Shown: positions 24,775 to 35,053, counted from the first letter of the stretch. The stretch: 64,000 bases of DNA from Methanobacteriota archaeon (GCA_963787255.1 CAWBCJ010000029.1:256001-320000), one strand, 5' to 3'. Numbers and translations are program-made. The notes: a model not told the origin generated them from the sequence alone.

Positions 24775-24941
24775 TAAATTTTCAATAATTATAATTATAA
24801 TCATGCTCGTAAGTTTAATATTTAAAAGTGAACTGACAATATATTCATAAGGTTTAAATTATAATAAAGTTTAAAATAGAAAGGTTTAGTATAAACAATG
24901 TTTTAGTATAGTTAACGATATATTAATACTAAATACGACTT

Positions 24942-25110
24942 ATGATTCAAAGAGAGACTTAATTTCTATTAACGAATTTTCTCATACTATCTTTTGAATC
25001 ATTTTCTAGATGAATTAATGAGGTATTAATACCTGAAAAAGTATTTTAAATTCAAATATTGACATTGAGTCATTTTAATAACCATAAGGTTGAATTATGG
25101 AGGTTTAATA
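24942..25110 (+). promoter_or_regulatory. Candidate structured 5' leader of the rpl21e-rpoF operon
   Basis: atgattcaaa/tttgaatcat stem, aggtattaatacct palindrome, ccataa/ttatgg stem overlapping GGAGG. Confidence 0.35.
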
Positions 25111-25404
25111 ATGGTAAGAAGATCTAGAGGTTCTAGAAGTAAGACACGGTATAAACTTAAAAAGAGTTTAAGAGTAAGTAGAGCAAATCCAATTTCTAAA
25201 AAAATACAGACTTTTGATGAAAGTGATCTAGTCCACATTATAATTGATCCCAGCGTGCAGAAAGGTCAGCCACATCCTCGTTTCCATGGTAAAACAGGTA
25301 AAGTAACAGAAAAGCGGGGAAGAGCTTACATAGTAGATATTAATGATGGTAACAAGGCTAAAAAATTAATTATCAGACCCGAACATCTTAAAATTCAAGA
25401 GTGA
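25111..25404 (+). CDS. rpl21e: 50S ribosomal protein L21e
   Basis: [27 protein letters not shown]; ATG after GGAGG. Confidence 0.97.
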   Translation: MVRRSRGSRSKTRYKLKKSLRVSRANPISKKIQTFDESDLVHIIIDPSVQKGQPHPRFHGKTGKVTEKRGRAYIVDINDGNKAKKLIIRPEHLKIQE

Positions 25405-25409
25405 TGACG

Positions 25410-25739
25410 ATGATTGGGAAAAAAGTTGTTGATACTGACCCTATCACCATTGCAGAAGTAAAAGTAATGCTTGAAGAGCTTTCTGAAAGCCACGAACTTA
25501 CATACGAGCAGAATCTTGCTTTAGACCATGTAACAAAATTTTCAAAGATTGATGAAGAGTCTGCAAACAAATTGGTTGAAGAACTTGCAGAAACACTCAA
25601 AAAAACTCAAGCTATCAAGATAGCTGATATCATGCCTGAAGATATGGCTGATTTAAGGCTGATATTTGCTAAAGAAAGGGGCACATACAAACAAGAAGAT
25701 TTGGAGAAGATATTGGAAATAGTGGATAAGTACAGATAA
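25410..25739 (+). CDS. rpoF: RNA polymerase subunit Rpo4 (F)
   Basis: MIGKKV, LTYEQ, KIADIMP, LRLIFAKE. Confidence 0.94.
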   Translation: MIGKKVVDTDPITIAEVKVMLEELSESHELTYEQNLALDHVTKFSKIDEESANKLVEELAETLKKTQAIKIADIMPEDMADLRLIFAKERGTYKQEDLEKILEIVDKYR

Positions 25740-25792
25740 AACTAAGGATATTTAAGGGATTAAACCCATAAATAAACTTAAATATTAAATCA

Positions 25793-25907
25793 GGATTAAT
25801 GATTATTAATCCACGCAAAATTAAAATATTAAAATAAAAATTGAAAATCCCTCAAAAACTTCGTTTTTTGTGAGCTTTGATTTTCAAACTTGAAACAAAG
25901 TTTCAAG
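25793..25907. repeat. Cluster of nested inverted repeats (REP/MITE-like element)
   Basis: ggattaat/attaatcc; ttgaaaatc/gattttcaa enclosing aaaaac-ttc-gttttt; cttgaaac-aaa-gtttcaag. Confidence 0.55.
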
Positions 25908-25930
25908 AATAACATCACAGATGTGATTAA

Positions 25931-26509
25931 ATGGAAGAATATGCAATTATCTTGGATTATCTTCCTTTAGGTTACGTTAAAGAAGGTATACCCACATACA
26001 AAAGAAAGCCTGTAGCTCAGGCAATAGGTAAAGAAGAATTTACCCTCCTAGAACTCATTCCAAAAGAGGATGTAAACCTAGACATACACCAGAAAGTCTA
26101 CATAGGTTCAGGAAAACGTGATGAGATAGCCCGAGTAAATAGAAGGCTTAAACATGACGACCTAACATCTACAGCTAAGGTTGAATTAAATTACGTTATA
26201 GAAGAAATTATTAAGGCCAAAGAAGATAAATTTGTGGAATTTTTCAATGAAGCAGGCCCAATATCAACCAGACTTCATCAATTGGAACTGTTGCCTGGAA
26301 TTGGGAAAAAGCACATGTGGGATATTATTAAAGCACGAAAAGAAAAGCCCTTTGAAAGCTTTGATGATATTAAAAAACGAGTTACAATGTTATCCAACCC
26401 TTTAAAGCTTATTTCAAAGAGAATTCTCTTAGAACTTGAAGCTACAGGAGATAAAAAGGGAAAAAGAAAATATGTGCTCTTTACAAGACCCCCTGCAAAG
26501 AGAGTCTAA
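25931..26509 (+). CDS. DUF655 putative nucleic-acid-binding protein
   Basis: EEYAIILDYLP, FTLLEL, RLHQLELLPGIGKK HhH motif. Confidence 0.92.
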   Translation: MEEYAIILDYLPLGYVKEGIPTYKRKPVAQAIGKEEFTLLELIPKEDVNLDIHQKVYIGSGKRDEIARVNRRLKHDDLTSTAKVELNYVIEEIIKAKEDKFVEFFNEAGPISTRLHQLELLPGIGKKHMWDIIKARKEKPFESFDDIKKRVTMLSNPLKLISKRILLELEATGDKKGKRKYVLFTRPPAKRV

Positions 26510-26593
26510 TTTAAATTCCCATTTACTTATTTTATTTTTATTTTAAACTTAAATTTTTAGCCCAATCTTAAAATTATTGTCAGGTAAATCCAA

Positions 26594-27424
26594 ATGCTAG
26601 CAAAAGAAACTCTTAAAATACTTAAAGAGAATAACATAAGATTAGACCGACGTAAAGGGCAGAACTATCTGATAGATTCTAACATACTCCAAAAAATAGT
26701 CAATTATGCTGATTTATCCAAACATGATACTGTTTTAGAGATCGGGGCAGGAATAGGTACCCTCACCTTCTCCCTTGCTGAAAAGGCAGGGAAAGTTATT
26801 GCAGTAGAACAGGACGAAAGAATAGCTGCAGTTTTAGAGAAAAGACTACTTGAACTTGAAATTTCAAATGTGGAAGTTTTAAGGGCAGATGCTACAAAAA
26901 TTGATTTTCCAGAATTTAATAAAGTCGTTTCAAATCTTCCTTACAAAATTTCATCCCCCATAACATTCAAATTGTTTGAATATGATTTTGATTTTGCTGT
27001 GCTAATGTATCAGCTCGAATTCGCTCAAAGAATGGTTGCAAAACCAGGTGAATCTAATTATTCACGGCTTTCATTGATGATGCATTTTTGTGCTGATGTT
27101 GAAAAGCTTTTTGAAGTCTCAAAGCACTGTTTTTTCCCAGAACCCCAAATATCTTCTGCAGTGACTAAATTAATTCCAAAAAAAGTAGATGTTGACGAAT
27201 TTTTTGTAAAAACTTCAAGAGCTCTTTTCCAGCACAAAAAGAAAAAAGTTAGAAATGCACTGATCGATTCCTTCCACGAAATAGCCGAAGTGGATAAAAA
27301 AACAGCTAAAAAAATTGTTTCTAAACTGGATGAGAACCTTTTAAATGAAAGAGTTGTTAAACTACATCCTGAAGATGTTATGGTTATTTCAAAGCAACTG
27401 AAAGAATTAATAAAAAATTTATAA
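26594..27424 (+). CDS. rsmA: 16S rRNA dimethyladenosine transferase
   Basis: GQNYL, EIGAGIG, SNLPYKISSP, YSRLS. Confidence 0.96.
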   Translation: MLAKETLKILKENNIRLDRRKGQNYLIDSNILQKIVNYADLSKHDTVLEIGAGIGTLTFSLAEKAGKVIAVEQDERIAAVLEKRLLELEISNVEVLRADATKIDFPEFNKVVSNLPYKISSPITFKLFEYDFDFAVLMYQLEFAQRMVAKPGESNYSRLSLMMHFCADVEKLFEVSKHCFFPEPQISSAVTKLIPKKVDVDEFFVKTSRALFQHKKKKVRNALIDSFHEIAEVDKKTAKKIVSKLDENLLNERVVKLHPEDVMVISKQLKELIKNL

Positions 27425-27445
27425 ATTAAGGAATCCCTTAATTTA
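27422..27445 (+). terminator. Hairpin at the rsmA stop
   Basis: taaattaagg-aatc-ccttaattta 10-bp stem. Confidence 0.35.
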
Positions 27446-27468
27446 ATCAAGAGTAAGGAGATAGAAAA

Positions 27469-27780
27469 ATGAGTCAAAATCCCTACGAATTATTCCAGAA
27501 AGAATGCCCCGAAGTAGCAGCCCGCTTTAACGACCTTATTGAAGCACAGAAAGCCCTAAAAGGATTAGATGCTAAATCAAAACAATTGATAAATATAGCC
27601 ATCCAGACAGCTAACCGTAACTCCAGAGGCGTGCAAATGCATGCAATGATGGCCAAAAACGAGGGTGCAACCCGTGAAGAAATTATAGGAGCAGTAGTTT
27701 TGAATTTACACCATTCAGGCTTTACATCAGTTCTTGAATGTCTTCCATCAGCTATTGCTGGATTTGAAGGTAAAATATGA
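27469..27780 (+). CDS. Carboxymuconolactone decarboxylase (AhpD-like) family protein
   Basis: LDAKSKQLINIA, HAMMA...GATREEI; lacks CxxC. Confidence 0.82.
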   Translation: MSQNPYELFQKECPEVAARFNDLIEAQKALKGLDAKSKQLINIAIQTANRNSRGVQMHAMMAKNEGATREEIIGAVVLNLHHSGFTSVLECLPSAIAGFEGKI

Positions 27781-27793
27781 GGAAATACTAATT

Positions 27794-28096
27794 ATGGATA
27801 TAAAAACTATTTATTCAAGAAAAATATCTTCAAAAGAAGCTGAAAAGGGTTTTATTTTCATTTTAAAAAATAAACTTTCATCTTTCCCTGCTTTAAATGA
27901 CAATTTTGTCCTTAGAGATACTGAATTATCACGAGAAGTCTGTGTAGATTCTTATCCGTGCATCTGCAGAGGACCTGATCGACCTCACGAGCATTATTTT
28001 ATTGACTGGGAAGGATTAGAAGCTGGAGATAAAATAGAAATCACAAAAAGCAGTTCTAGTGATGATAAATATTTTTTAAAGATTTATAAATCATAA
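27794..28096 (+). CDS. Hypothetical protein with CxC..HxH motif
   Basis: SYPCICRGPDRPHEHYFI; ATG at 27794 after GAGGA. Confidence 0.7.
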   Translation: MDIKTIYSRKISSKEAEKGFIFILKNKLSSFPALNDNFVLRDTELSREVCVDSYPCICRGPDRPHEHYFIDWEGLEAGDKIEITKSSSSDDKYFLKIYKS

Positions 28097-28155
28097 AATT
28101 AAATAAAAATTTTCATCTTATATATAATACAAAAATTCATCTGAAGGTAATCAAA

Positions 28156-28749
28156 ATGATAGAATACAAAGGAATAGTCATTTATACGCATCCAGAGGTT
28201 TACGAACCTGCAGAAGACACTTTCTTACTTGCTGAAAATCTAGATATTCAAAGAAAGGACGAAGTACTTGAAATAGGAATAGGAACCGGTTTAATAACAA
28301 TTTACACCGCCCAAAGAACAAGAAAAGTGGTTGCAACAGATATTAACGAACATGCCATTAAATGCGCCTTAAAAAATACTATTACCAATAGAACATATAA
28401 CATAGAACTAAGGAAAGGAAACCTTTTTGAACCAGTTGAAGGAGAAAAATTCGACCTTATTTTATTTAACACTCCATATCTCCCAACCTCTGAAGATGAA
28501 AAACTGAACGAAGAACTGAATGCTGCATTTGACGGAGGAATAGAAGGTAGAGACACCATAGATGCGTTTATTGAACAAGTTAAAGATTATTTAAATGAAG
28601 GGGGCCGTGTTCAACTGGTACAGTCTTCATTATCAGATAATGAAAAAACACTCACTAAACTGGAAGAATTAGGGTTTGAAGCTGAAATCACCGCCAATGA
28701 AAAATGTTTCTTTGAAGAAATTGTGGTTATAACTGCCCGAAAACGCTAA
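28156..28749 (+). CDS. HemK2/Mtq2-like release-factor glutamine methyltransferase
   Basis: VYEPAEDTFLL, EIGIGTG, FNTPYLP, AFDGG. Confidence 0.9.
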   Translation: MIEYKGIVIYTHPEVYEPAEDTFLLAENLDIQRKDEVLEIGIGTGLITIYTAQRTRKVVATDINEHAIKCALKNTITNRTYNIELRKGNLFEPVEGEKFDLILFNTPYLPTSEDEKLNEELNAAFDGGIEGRDTIDAFIEQVKDYLNEGGRVQLVQSSLSDNEKTLTKLEELGFEAEITANEKCFFEEIVVITARKR

Positions 28750-28923
28750 GAAATAAGATTACTATTATTTGAAAGTAAATTAATATCAGATAAATAGAAA
28801 TTTGTAAATTAATATTCAATTTTTTATTTAAAATGTTTCAAGAAATTGAAAAATTAACATAGTAAAAAAAGAAATGAGCTATTAATTTTTAAGAAAAAAT
28901 GAAAAAAAATTTTAGAGATTAAT

Positions 28924-29463
28924 TTACACTGTTTTGCCCATTTCATATGCTTCTTTCATTGCACTGCTACCTTTGATGTCTCCAATATTCAAAGCACCAG
29001 TTCCATAAATAATACCCTTTTCTTTTACCCTACTAAGGAAATAAGTAAATCCTCTAAATTCTTCGATGGTCCTTTCCATCATTTGCTTTCTGGGATTCGC
29101 GGCAGTCACAATGAAATATATATCCTTATTACTTATTTCAGTGTACCTCGAATAGGTTCTGTCAATTAGAGTTTTCATCTGTCCGTTCATGGTGTTAAAA
29201 TAAACAGGTGTTGCCATGACAATCACATCAGCAGCTATCATTTTATCCAGGACTTCAACCATGTCATCCTTCTGATCACAGATGTTCCCATTCCTTTTAC
29301 AGGTATCACATGCCACACAGTAATTGATTTCTTTATCTCTTAAGAAAATTTTCTCCGCTTGATTCCCTGCTTCTTTTGCTCCAAGAATAAATTGGTCGCA
29401 CAACAGGTCGGAGTTTCCGCCTTTTCTTGGGCTGGCGGACAGTACCAATATTTTTTTACTCAT
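28924..29463 (-). CDS. Flavodoxin / iron-sulfur flavoprotein family protein
   Basis: SPRKGGNS, CVACDTC....C, ATPVYF, MKTLIDR. Confidence 0.9.
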   Translation of the reverse strand: MSKKILVLSASPRKGGNSDLLCDQFILGAKEAGNQAEKIFLRDKEINYCVACDTCKRNGNICDQKDDMVEVLDKMIAADVIVMATPVYFNTMNGQMKTLIDRTYSRYTEISNKDIYFIVTAANPRKQMMERTIEEFRGFTYFLSRVKEKGIIYGTGALNIGDIKGSSAMKEAYEMGKTV

Positions 29464-29778
29464 AGTATGATCTCCATATTCCTAATTTTATTTTTATTAT
29501 ACTAAATCTTGATCCTTCAACAATGCAAAAATCCACAAACAGCACCAGAATTATCCTTCTGATTCTCTTTTCAGGACAAAGATAAATTCTTCTCTCATAT
29601 TTAACCTTGAAATCATGTCATTGTGGTTATAACTGGAAAATTGAAATAAATTTTATTATATTTATTAAATTATTTTTTTAGGTTGGAATTTGCAAGCGTA
29701 GTTTGTTTTTAATGATCTCTGGGAAAATTTATTAACCATTTCTTTTCAATTAAATAATAAAGAATTCCAGATGATTTT

Positions 29779-30147
29779 ATGTTGATAAGAGACATCAAAA
29801 ACTGCAAGTATTTTAAAGCAATTGATAAAACCATTCTATGTGAGCTTTTACATCCCGAAAGAGAATGTGAAGATTTAAAAATCAATTATAGTATTGCACA
29901 TGCCATTTTAAAAGCTGGTGAATTATCTCTTGTTCATAGACTTAAAACTTCAGTTGAAATTTATTATATTCTTGAGGGAAAAGGAATTATGCACATAGAT
30001 GAGGAAAAGGAAACTGTGAATCCTGGACAGGTTATTTATATTCCTGCAAATTCAAAACAGTGCATTGAAAATATCGGGAATGATGAATTAAAGTTTCTTT
30101 GTATTGTTTATCCGATGTGGAAAGAGGAAGATGAGGAATTAGTGTAA
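29779..30147 (+). CDS. Cupin domain protein
   Basis: ELLHP, YSIAHA, HRL...EIYYILEGKG, IYIP, IENIG. Confidence 0.88.
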   Translation: MLIRDIKNCKYFKAIDKTILCELLHPERECEDLKINYSIAHAILKAGELSLVHRLKTSVEIYYILEGKGIMHIDEEKETVNPGQVIYIPANSKQCIENIGNDELKFLCIVYPMWKEEDEELV

Positions 30148-30162
30148 AAGAAAAAATAAATC

Positions 30163-30783
30163 CTAATAAATAACCATAACGCTCATATAACTGAATTCTA
30201 TTTCCGAAATATCTTTTAAAGATGCTTCAACTATTCTTTCGTCTTCATAACTGAGTTTTTCACACACTGCTGCTTTTCTATTTTCATGAACGCCTTTTCC
30301 AATTAGAAAATTTGCTAATTCCATAGGTTTGAAGTTTGGAAGTATTATTGTAGGTTTTCCATTGTCAATAACATCTAAAATTTCTTCTGAAATTCCTTTC
30401 CCGTGCATGGTAATTAAATCTGCCTCATTCCATGGCACCTTAAGCTTTGCGGCACATAACTGGACAGAACTCACTCCCGGGATGACTTCAATTTCAATAC
30501 TGCTTTTTAAGTTTAAAATTGGCTTTAAAACTCCTGAAAACCCAGGATCCCCAGTTGAAAGAAGTGCAACAGTCTTCCCTTTTTCAACTTTACTTAATGC
30601 TGCTTTTAGACTTTCATTCATGTTTTTAGCATTGAGTTCTATTTTTTCTTTGTTTGTTTCGAATAGATCTAAAGCTCTTTTGCTACCAATGATTACATCA
30701 GAATTTTTAACAGTTTTTAATGCTGCTTGAGTTAAATAATCACTGGATCCAGGACCTATTCCAACAATATAAAGTTTTGACAT
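30163..30783 (-). CDS. cbiE: Cobalt-precorrin-7 C5-methyltransferase
   Basis: VGIGPG, STGDPGFSG, PGVSSVQ, CEKLSY. Confidence 0.93.
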   Translation of the reverse strand: MSKLYIVGIGPGSSDYLTQAALKTVKNSDVIIGSKRALDLFETNKEKIELNAKNMNESLKAALSKVEKGKTVALLSTGDPGFSGVLKPILNLKSSIEIEVIPGVSSVQLCAAKLKVPWNEADLITMHGKGISEEILDVIDNGKPTIILPNFKPMELANFLIGKGVHENRKAAVCEKLSYEDERIVEASLKDISEIEFSYMSVMVIY

Positions 30784-31010
30784 TAAATAACTCCTTATTA
30801 AGAAGAATCAGCATTATTGAGCTACTTTGCTAACAATTGAGATATGTATATCATTCTATTATAATAAATTTTAGGTTATCTATGGTGAAGTTAAAACATC
30901 TTACAGGTTAAATACACTATTTTGAACGATGTGGATTCTATAACTTCATTAGCCGGTAAAATATTAACTGGGAGTAATTAACATATATGCCCTAACTACT
31001 ATTAATAACT

Positions 31011-31160
31011 GATACTACGATTCTTACAGTAAATGTAGACCCAAAGGGGGATTTCTACTATTATTCTCCAATTAATAATTAATTTAAATCAAACAAGCCA
31101 GGTAAAATTTATTATACATTCAATGGAACCAATACCACAAAATCAAGCATAGATTATACA
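31011..31160 (+). pseudogene. Remnant of a surface protein with a chitobiase/beta-hexosaminidase C-terminal (Fn3-associated) repeat
   Basis: DTTILTVNVDPKGDFYYYSPINN*FKSNKPGKIYYTFNGTNTTKSSIDYT; internal TAA at 31080. Confidence 0.6.
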
Positions 31161-31301
31161 TTTTCTAATTTTTTTTATCATTATCATTTAGCAACTATTT
31201 ATCTTATTTCGATTAATAATTTAATAATTTTTATTTCTCCAAAAGCATTATGTGTTATTGTTTAAAAATAGATATTCAGAAAGAAAACAGAGAGTGATAA
31301 A

Positions 31302-32489
31302 ATGCTTGAAATCGCTGTAACAGGAAAACCAAATGTCGGAAAATCATCATTTTTTAATTCAGCAACTTTATCAGAAATAGAAGTTGCAGATTACCCATTC
31401 ACAACTATAAATGCCAATAAAGCAGTTGCTTACGTCATATCAGACTGTCCGTGCGCAGAACTGGAGATAAATTGCAATCCAAAAAATTCAAAATGCATTG
31501 AAGGTAGCCGAATGATTCCAGTAGAATTAATTGACGTTGCAGGGCTTGTACCCGGAGCTCATGAAGGGCGTGGTCTTGGAAACAAGTTTTTAGATGAGTT
31601 AAGGCAGTCAAGAGCATTCATACATATAATTGATGCTTCTGGATCAACTGATGAAGAGGGAAGGCCAGTTGCGGCTGGATCCCATGATCCCCTTGAAGAC
31701 GTGGAATTTTTAGAGCATGAGATAGTAATGTGGCTTTTCGGCATATTAAAGAAAAACTGGAACAAATTAATACGAAAATACCTTTCAGAAAAGCTTGATT
31801 TTTCAAAGATAATACATGAACAATTCAGTGGAATAGGAATATCATTAGAAGACATTATTGAAGCAAAAAGAGCAGTTCCTGGAGAATATTTTAAATGGGA
31901 AGATGAAGACATTCAGGAATTTTTAGGTGTTTTACTGCGAATATCAAAACCAATGATTATAGTCGCCAATAAGGCTGATCTTCCAACTGCAGAAGAAAAT
32001 ATCAAAAGATTGCAGGAAAAATATGGAAATGTAATTCCTGCATCTGCAGAATCTGAATTAGCACTTGTAAAGGCATCAGAAGCAGGGTTAATTAATTACG
32101 TGCCAGGAAGTTGTGATTTTGAAATCGTTAACAAAGAAAAATTAAATGATGCACAGAAAAAAGCTCTAAATTACATTAAAGAACATGTACTCGATAAATA
32201 TGGAAGTACTGGCGTGCAAGAAGCGTTAAATAGAGTGATTTTCGATCTATTGGATATGATTGTTGTTTATCCTGTTGAAGATGAGCATAAAATGTGCGAT
32301 AGTAAGGGAAATATTTTGCCAGATGCGATTTTAATCAGGCACGGTTCAAAGCCAAGAGATTTGGCTTTTGTGATTCATACTGATATCGGCGAGAGTTTCA
32401 TGCATGCAATGGATGCGAGGAGCTGTAGAAGGGTAAGCAGTGATTATGAGCTTAAAAGTGGAGATATTATAAGTATTATTACTCGATAA
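31302..32489 (+). CDS. ychF: Redox-regulated ATPase YchF (Obg family)
   Basis: [37 protein letters not shown] domain. Confidence 0.95.
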   Translation: MLEIAVTGKPNVGKSSFFNSATLSEIEVADYPFTTINANKAVAYVISDCPCAELEINCNPKNSKCIEGSRMIPVELIDVAGLVPGAHEGRGLGNKFLDELRQSRAFIHIIDASGSTDEEGRPVAAGSHDPLEDVEFLEHEIVMWLFGILKKNWNKLIRKYLSEKLDFSKIIHEQFSGIGISLEDIIEAKRAVPGEYFKWEDEDIQEFLGVLLRISKPMIIVANKADLPTAEENIKRLQEKYGNVIPASAESELALVKASEAGLINYVPGSCDFEIVNKEKLNDAQKKALNYIKEHVLDKYGSTGVQEALNRVIFDLLDMIVVYPVEDEHKMCDSKGNILPDAILIRHGSKPRDLAFVIHTDIGESFMHAMDARSCRRVSSDYELKSGDIISIITR

Positions 32490-32505
32490 ATTTATTGGTG
32501 GTTTT

Positions 32506-32934
32506 ATGGTTTCAAATGAAGAAATACAGAAAAGACTAGAAGCAAAAAAAAGGGGAATCAAACTCCCAGATGATGAAATGCCTTCCCTTGAAATAAATGA
32601 AGTCTTAAGCGACTTTATTGTAGTTAGCTCAAATCATATTCCTGGCTATGAAATTCTTGAAGCCCGTGGATTCTGTTACGGTCTTACAGTCCGTAGCAGG
32701 GGTGTTGGAGGTCAATTAGGGGCAGGGATACGTTCCATGTTTGGGGGAGAGATAAAAGAATATGTTAAAATGATGGAAGAATCTAGAGATGAAGCTCTTT
32801 ACAGAATGATTGATCATGCGCAAGAAATGGGTGCTAATGCTGTTATAAGCGTTCGATATGACTCAGACGAGATTTCAAATGTCATGCAGGAAATCTTAGC
32901 CTATGGAACGGCAGTTGTTGTAAGAAAGAAGTAA
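32506..32934 (+). CDS. YbjQ/UPF0145 heavy-metal-binding family protein with N-terminal extension
   Basis: IPGYEI, TVRSRG, GGEIKEY, GANAV, AYGTAV. Confidence 0.9.
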   Translation: MVSNEEIQKRLEAKKRGIKLPDDEMPSLEINEVLSDFIVVSSNHIPGYEILEARGFCYGLTVRSRGVGGQLGAGIRSMFGGEIKEYVKMMEESRDEALYRMIDHAQEMGANAVISVRYDSDEISNVMQEILAYGTAVVVRKK

Positions 32935-32973
32935 ATTAAATTTAATTGAAACTTGTCTGTTTTTAAAAAAAAT

Positions 32974-32996
32974 AGCGTTTAAATTAATTAAACGCT
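32974..32996. terminator. Bidirectional hairpin between convergent genes
   Basis: agcgttta-aattaat-taaacgct flanked by A and T runs. Confidence 0.5.
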
Positions 32997-32999
32997 TTT

Positions 33000-33482
33000 T
33001 CATTCTATTTCAAACATTTTAAATATTCCAGTTATTATTAACCATAATCCTATCAAAATACCTAAATTAACTGGATTAAATGCGTAAGCACCTAATATTA
33101 TGTAGATTATACCTAATACAATACCTAAAATTCCAGCCCAAGCATATTTTCTGTTCATTCCGTCCAGTAAAGCTATTATGCCTGTTACTATTAAGAAAAA
33201 GCCGGCGAGATATAGTGTTAGTCCTGCTATAAAGCTGAATATTGCAGGGTTGATTATTAAACCAATTCCAAATATCAGAGCTATGATACCCAGTATCAGG
33301 TTCAAAATACTTGATGTTTTACTTATTTCAAATTCAGAAATTCCAGCTATAAACAGCCAGATGGCTATCATAAGCACTAAAAGACCGGCGAATAAACTTA
33401 TAGTCACAGTGGTTAAAAAAGGAAATGCAATTACTACGAGACCGAGAATTATTGCCAGTGCTCCTGCAACCCAATTTCTCAT
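33000..33482 (-). CDS. DUF308/HdeD-like membrane protein
   Basis: Repeated hairpin TM segments GIIALIFGI...P...G..LI..GI. Confidence 0.82.
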   Translation of the reverse strand: MRNWVAGALAIILGLVVIAFPFLTTVTISLFAGLLVLMIAIWLFIAGISEFEISKTSSILNLILGIIALIFGIGLIINPAIFSFIAGLTLYLAGFFLIVTGIIALLDGMNRKYAWAGILGIVLGIIYIILGAYAFNPVNLGILIGLWLIITGIFKMFEIE

Positions 33483-33669
33483 ATTATTCCCCCTATATTA
33501 TTCCAATTCTAAAATATATTATATATTTTTTTAATAATATAATATATAAATTTATGTTTTTTTTATCCGAAAATAGCGTAAAACATCTTTTATTGTTTGA
33601 AAACAGGATTAATAAGAGTTTTTTCATGACCAATTTTATAAAATTAATTATAATCTATTGGGATTAATT

Positions 33670-35053
33670 TTATCTAATTCTTCTCAAAATATCCTTTGCA
33701 GCTATGATTCCTGTTGCTGCTGCTCCCACAATTCCCCTGGAAACTCCAGCCCCATCTCCTGCAACATAAAATCCTTCAACCCGAGTTTTCATTCCACAGT
33801 CCACTTCTGCTCTCATTGCATACAGTTTTATTTCTGGAGCATAAAGAATGGTTGAATCAGATGCAACTCCCGGAATAACATCATTTAAAGATTCAAGACC
33901 CTCTATAATATCCGTAACCAATCTGTTTGGAAATGCCATAGCAATATCGCCAGGAACTACATTTTCAAATGTTGGAGAAACATTACTCTTTTCAATACGC
34001 TTCCAGGTGGATCTTCTCCCTCTTTTAAGATCGCCTAACCTTTGAATAATTGGTTTTCCACTTCCAAGAATGTTGGTTATATTTGCAATGGAAAGAGCAT
34101 ATGCAGATGTGTTTTCAGTTGGTTCTGTAAGTTCCACCCTCACTAAAAAGGCAAAATTAGTATTTTCAGATACTATATCTCTCATGGAATGCCCATTTAC
34201 TCCATTAAATCTGTCATATACTTCTTCAACAATGAAGCCCCTGGGACATACACAGAAAGTTCTTATAAAGTCATCGTAGGTTTTTGTTGTTATGTGAAAC
34301 TTTGGATCCCACTCTATTTTGGTTATATAGTCCATAACAATATGGGGAACTTCTACCCTAACGCCAATGTCCACAGGATTATATTTTATAGGTACATTAA
34401 GCATTTTTAGCTTATCTGAAAGCCAATATGCCCCTACTCGTCCCGGAGCGGCTATAATATACCTACATTTTATTTCAAAATCCTTCCTAGCTTTATCTCT
34501 GGCAATGATACCATTAACTTTTTTATCTGCAATTATATCCAGAACTTCTGTTTCCAGTAAAAAAACAACTCCCTTATCTTGGAGTTCATCTTTAATAGAG
34601 TTTATAATGTTAGGTGTTTTATCCGAACCCATATGCCTTTGAATTATAGGGATAAATTTAATTCCAGATGCTGCAGATTTTCTTAAAATTTCATCAATAT
34701 CTTCTTCGCTTGGTGCATATAACTCATCTGGCGCTCCATGTTTTAAAAAGAACTTATCAATCTTATCTATAATTTTCCAGGCTTCATCCTTGCTTACAAA
34801 TTCTTCAAGATTACCTCCTATGTCAGGTCTTAAGTTAAGTTTACCATCTGAAAGTCCTCCAGCACCTCCGAGACCTCCAGTTATATTACATGGCGAACAT
34901 TTTATGCATGTCCCTTTTTTAAGGTTAATGCACTTTCTTCCGCCCATGTCCTTTTCCTTTCTCAATTATAACAATTTTAAGATTATCAGCCAGCTCGGCT
35001 GCTGCAAATAGGCCTGCAGGCCCTGCTCCGATTATAACAACATCGCTTTCCAT
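33670..35053 (-). pseudogene. NAD(P)/FAD-dependent oxidoreductase, frameshifted near 34955
   Basis: N-terminal ORF 35053-34925 MESDVVIIGAGPAGLFAAAELADNLKIVIIEKGK in a different frame from the body DMGGRKC...GGAGGLSDGKL...AGDGAG. Confidence 0.8.

Noticed and set aside
28465-28485. NTPY instead of NPPY in HemK2
   Set aside because: I recall this as a usual variant in Methanobacteriales orthologues, not a sign of altered function
29497-29598. Micro-ORF MREEFIFVLKRESEG* followed in frame by FWCCLWIFALLKDQDLV* upstream of the flavodoxin gene
   Set aside because: Too short and no recognisable family; cannot distinguish from chance
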